Of a stretch of 37,422 bases of DNA, positions 36,600-37,422 are shown in pieces. The first letter of the stretch is position 1; each line of letters starts with the position of its first letter. A program made the translations under genes and the position numbers. The stretch is taken from positions 1-37,422 of IMG/VR virus record IMGVR_UViG_3300033122_000112. One strand, written 5' to 3'. This DNA comes from a virus (Duplodnaviria; Caudoviricetes). The notes below the pieces were generated by a model. That model saw only the letters and a list, made by a program, of their open reading frames with translations. It made no database searches and was not told the DNA's origin.

Positions 36600-36605
36600 A
36601 AGTGA

Positions 36606-36815
36606 CTAGACAAGATTCTCGTCATGTATGTTAAACTCGAACATATAATAATTAAACTCAATTCCAATATTATTGCAATGCTTAAGGCATTGTTGATAAA
36701 CCTTTTTTGAAATAAAGTCAACTTCAAAATACTCTGTTTCTACCTTATAGAATTTTGGTTTTCTATTCTTCTTTGGTAGGTTTGGAAGTTTTGGTTCTCT
36801 TTTGTTTTTTGCCAT
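36606..36815 (-). CDS. Hypothetical protein with a basic N-terminus, 69 aa
   Basis: ORF track; ends just before promoter copy 3. Confidence 0.65.
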   Translation of the reverse strand: MAKNKREPKLPNLPKKNRKPKFYKVETEYFEVDFISKKVYQQCLKHCNNIGIEFNYYMFEFNIHDENLV

Positions 36816-36850
36816 GATGATTAGTAAGTAAGGTTTTCAATTAGTGGGGA

Positions 36851-37312
36851 TTATCTCAAATAGAGATAACCACCCGCCCATCCTGTATTGTTTGGATTAT
36901 GTACAAAATTTCTCTCGGATATAATCCTCATGTCAAATCTGACATGCTTTGCAGGTTTTGACCAACCCGCAGGTTTGAAAATTTGACCAGTTTTCTTGTC
37001 AACAAATGCGTGAACACTTGCATCACGATATTGTCCATAATACTTTGAACCTTCCCAAGTTTCAAATTCTTGCTGAACTATCTTGTAATACTTCTTACCA
37101 GTTTTAACTTTGAACTTCATTAAGTTTGCTGTTCCGTTTTTAATCTCATCTAATTGCTTTCTAGCATACTCTGGATACTTACCAGATAAATTTCCCTCTA
37201 GAGTTTCAATGTGGTAACGTCTATAATTTTCTGTTATTGTATCAGCATAAGTTTTGACCCAACCAACTACTCTTGTTTCAATATCTTGTTTTGTTTGAAG
37301 TGATGTTGTCAT
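36851..37312 (-). CDS. Conserved phage hypothetical protein (KYYKI...VHAFVDKKTG..FKPA.W..PAK.VR family), 153 aa
   Basis: ORF track; motif recalled from phage early regions; function unknown. Confidence 0.85.
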   Translation of the reverse strand: MTTSLQTKQDIETRVVGWVKTYADTITENYRRYHIETLEGNLSGKYPEYARKQLDEIKNGTANLMKFKVKTGKKYYKIVQQEFETWEGSKYYGQYRDASVHAFVDKKTGQIFKPAGWSKPAKHVRFDMRIISERNFVHNPNNTGWAGGYLYLR

Positions 37313-37337
37313 AGTAGAATAATTTGCTTATATGGCT

Positions 37338-37395
37338 ATTATAATCGAACAAGATGCTAATTCAATTAAAATTAGACACTAATCAAACTGTCACA
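37338..37395 (-). promoter_or_regulatory. Early-type promoter element, copy 4
   Basis: TGTGACAGTTTGATTAGTGTC...TTGAAT-16-TATAATA. Confidence 0.7.
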
Positions 37396-37422
37396 TTGAA
37401 TCAACTAATTTATCAACACATT

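Noticed and set aside
36530-36727. 65-aa hydrophobic ORF from the track
   Set aside because: It overlaps the 69-aa gene and runs through promoter copy 3; its hydrophobicity reflects T-rich DNA.

Overview
This is a segment of a T4-like marine cyanomyovirus (Prochlorococcus/Synechococcus phage). From memory, the 7312-aa gp7 and the gene order match P-SSM2-type phages; I did not verify this by search. All credible genes are on the minus strand. In transcription order (right to left): (i) about 33.5-37.4 kb is a cluster of small unknown early-type genes behind four copies of a conserved palindrome plus extended -10 promoter and further sigma70 consensus promoters; (ii) about 30.3-33.3 kb holds small genes including an AbrB/MazE-like protein, a cupin, a 2OG-Fe(II) oxygenase and several ORFs missed by the supplied track; (iii) 1-30.3 kb is the baseplate module: gp25, gp6, giant gp7, a gp9/gp10-like protein, a 1443-aa YHYH-domain protein and the 5' end of gp8, with ATAAATA late promoters. 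The main highlight is inside gp7, where 11 copies of a ~100-aa domain are inserted recursively into each other's loops (six levels deep, balanced like brackets), implying a branched, tree-shaped virion protein. Two baseplate-region proteins also carry complete type-1 (blue) copper ligand sets, and Val-Thr is recoded in a way that avoids GTWAC. I saw no tRNA, rRNA, CRISPR array or mobile element.
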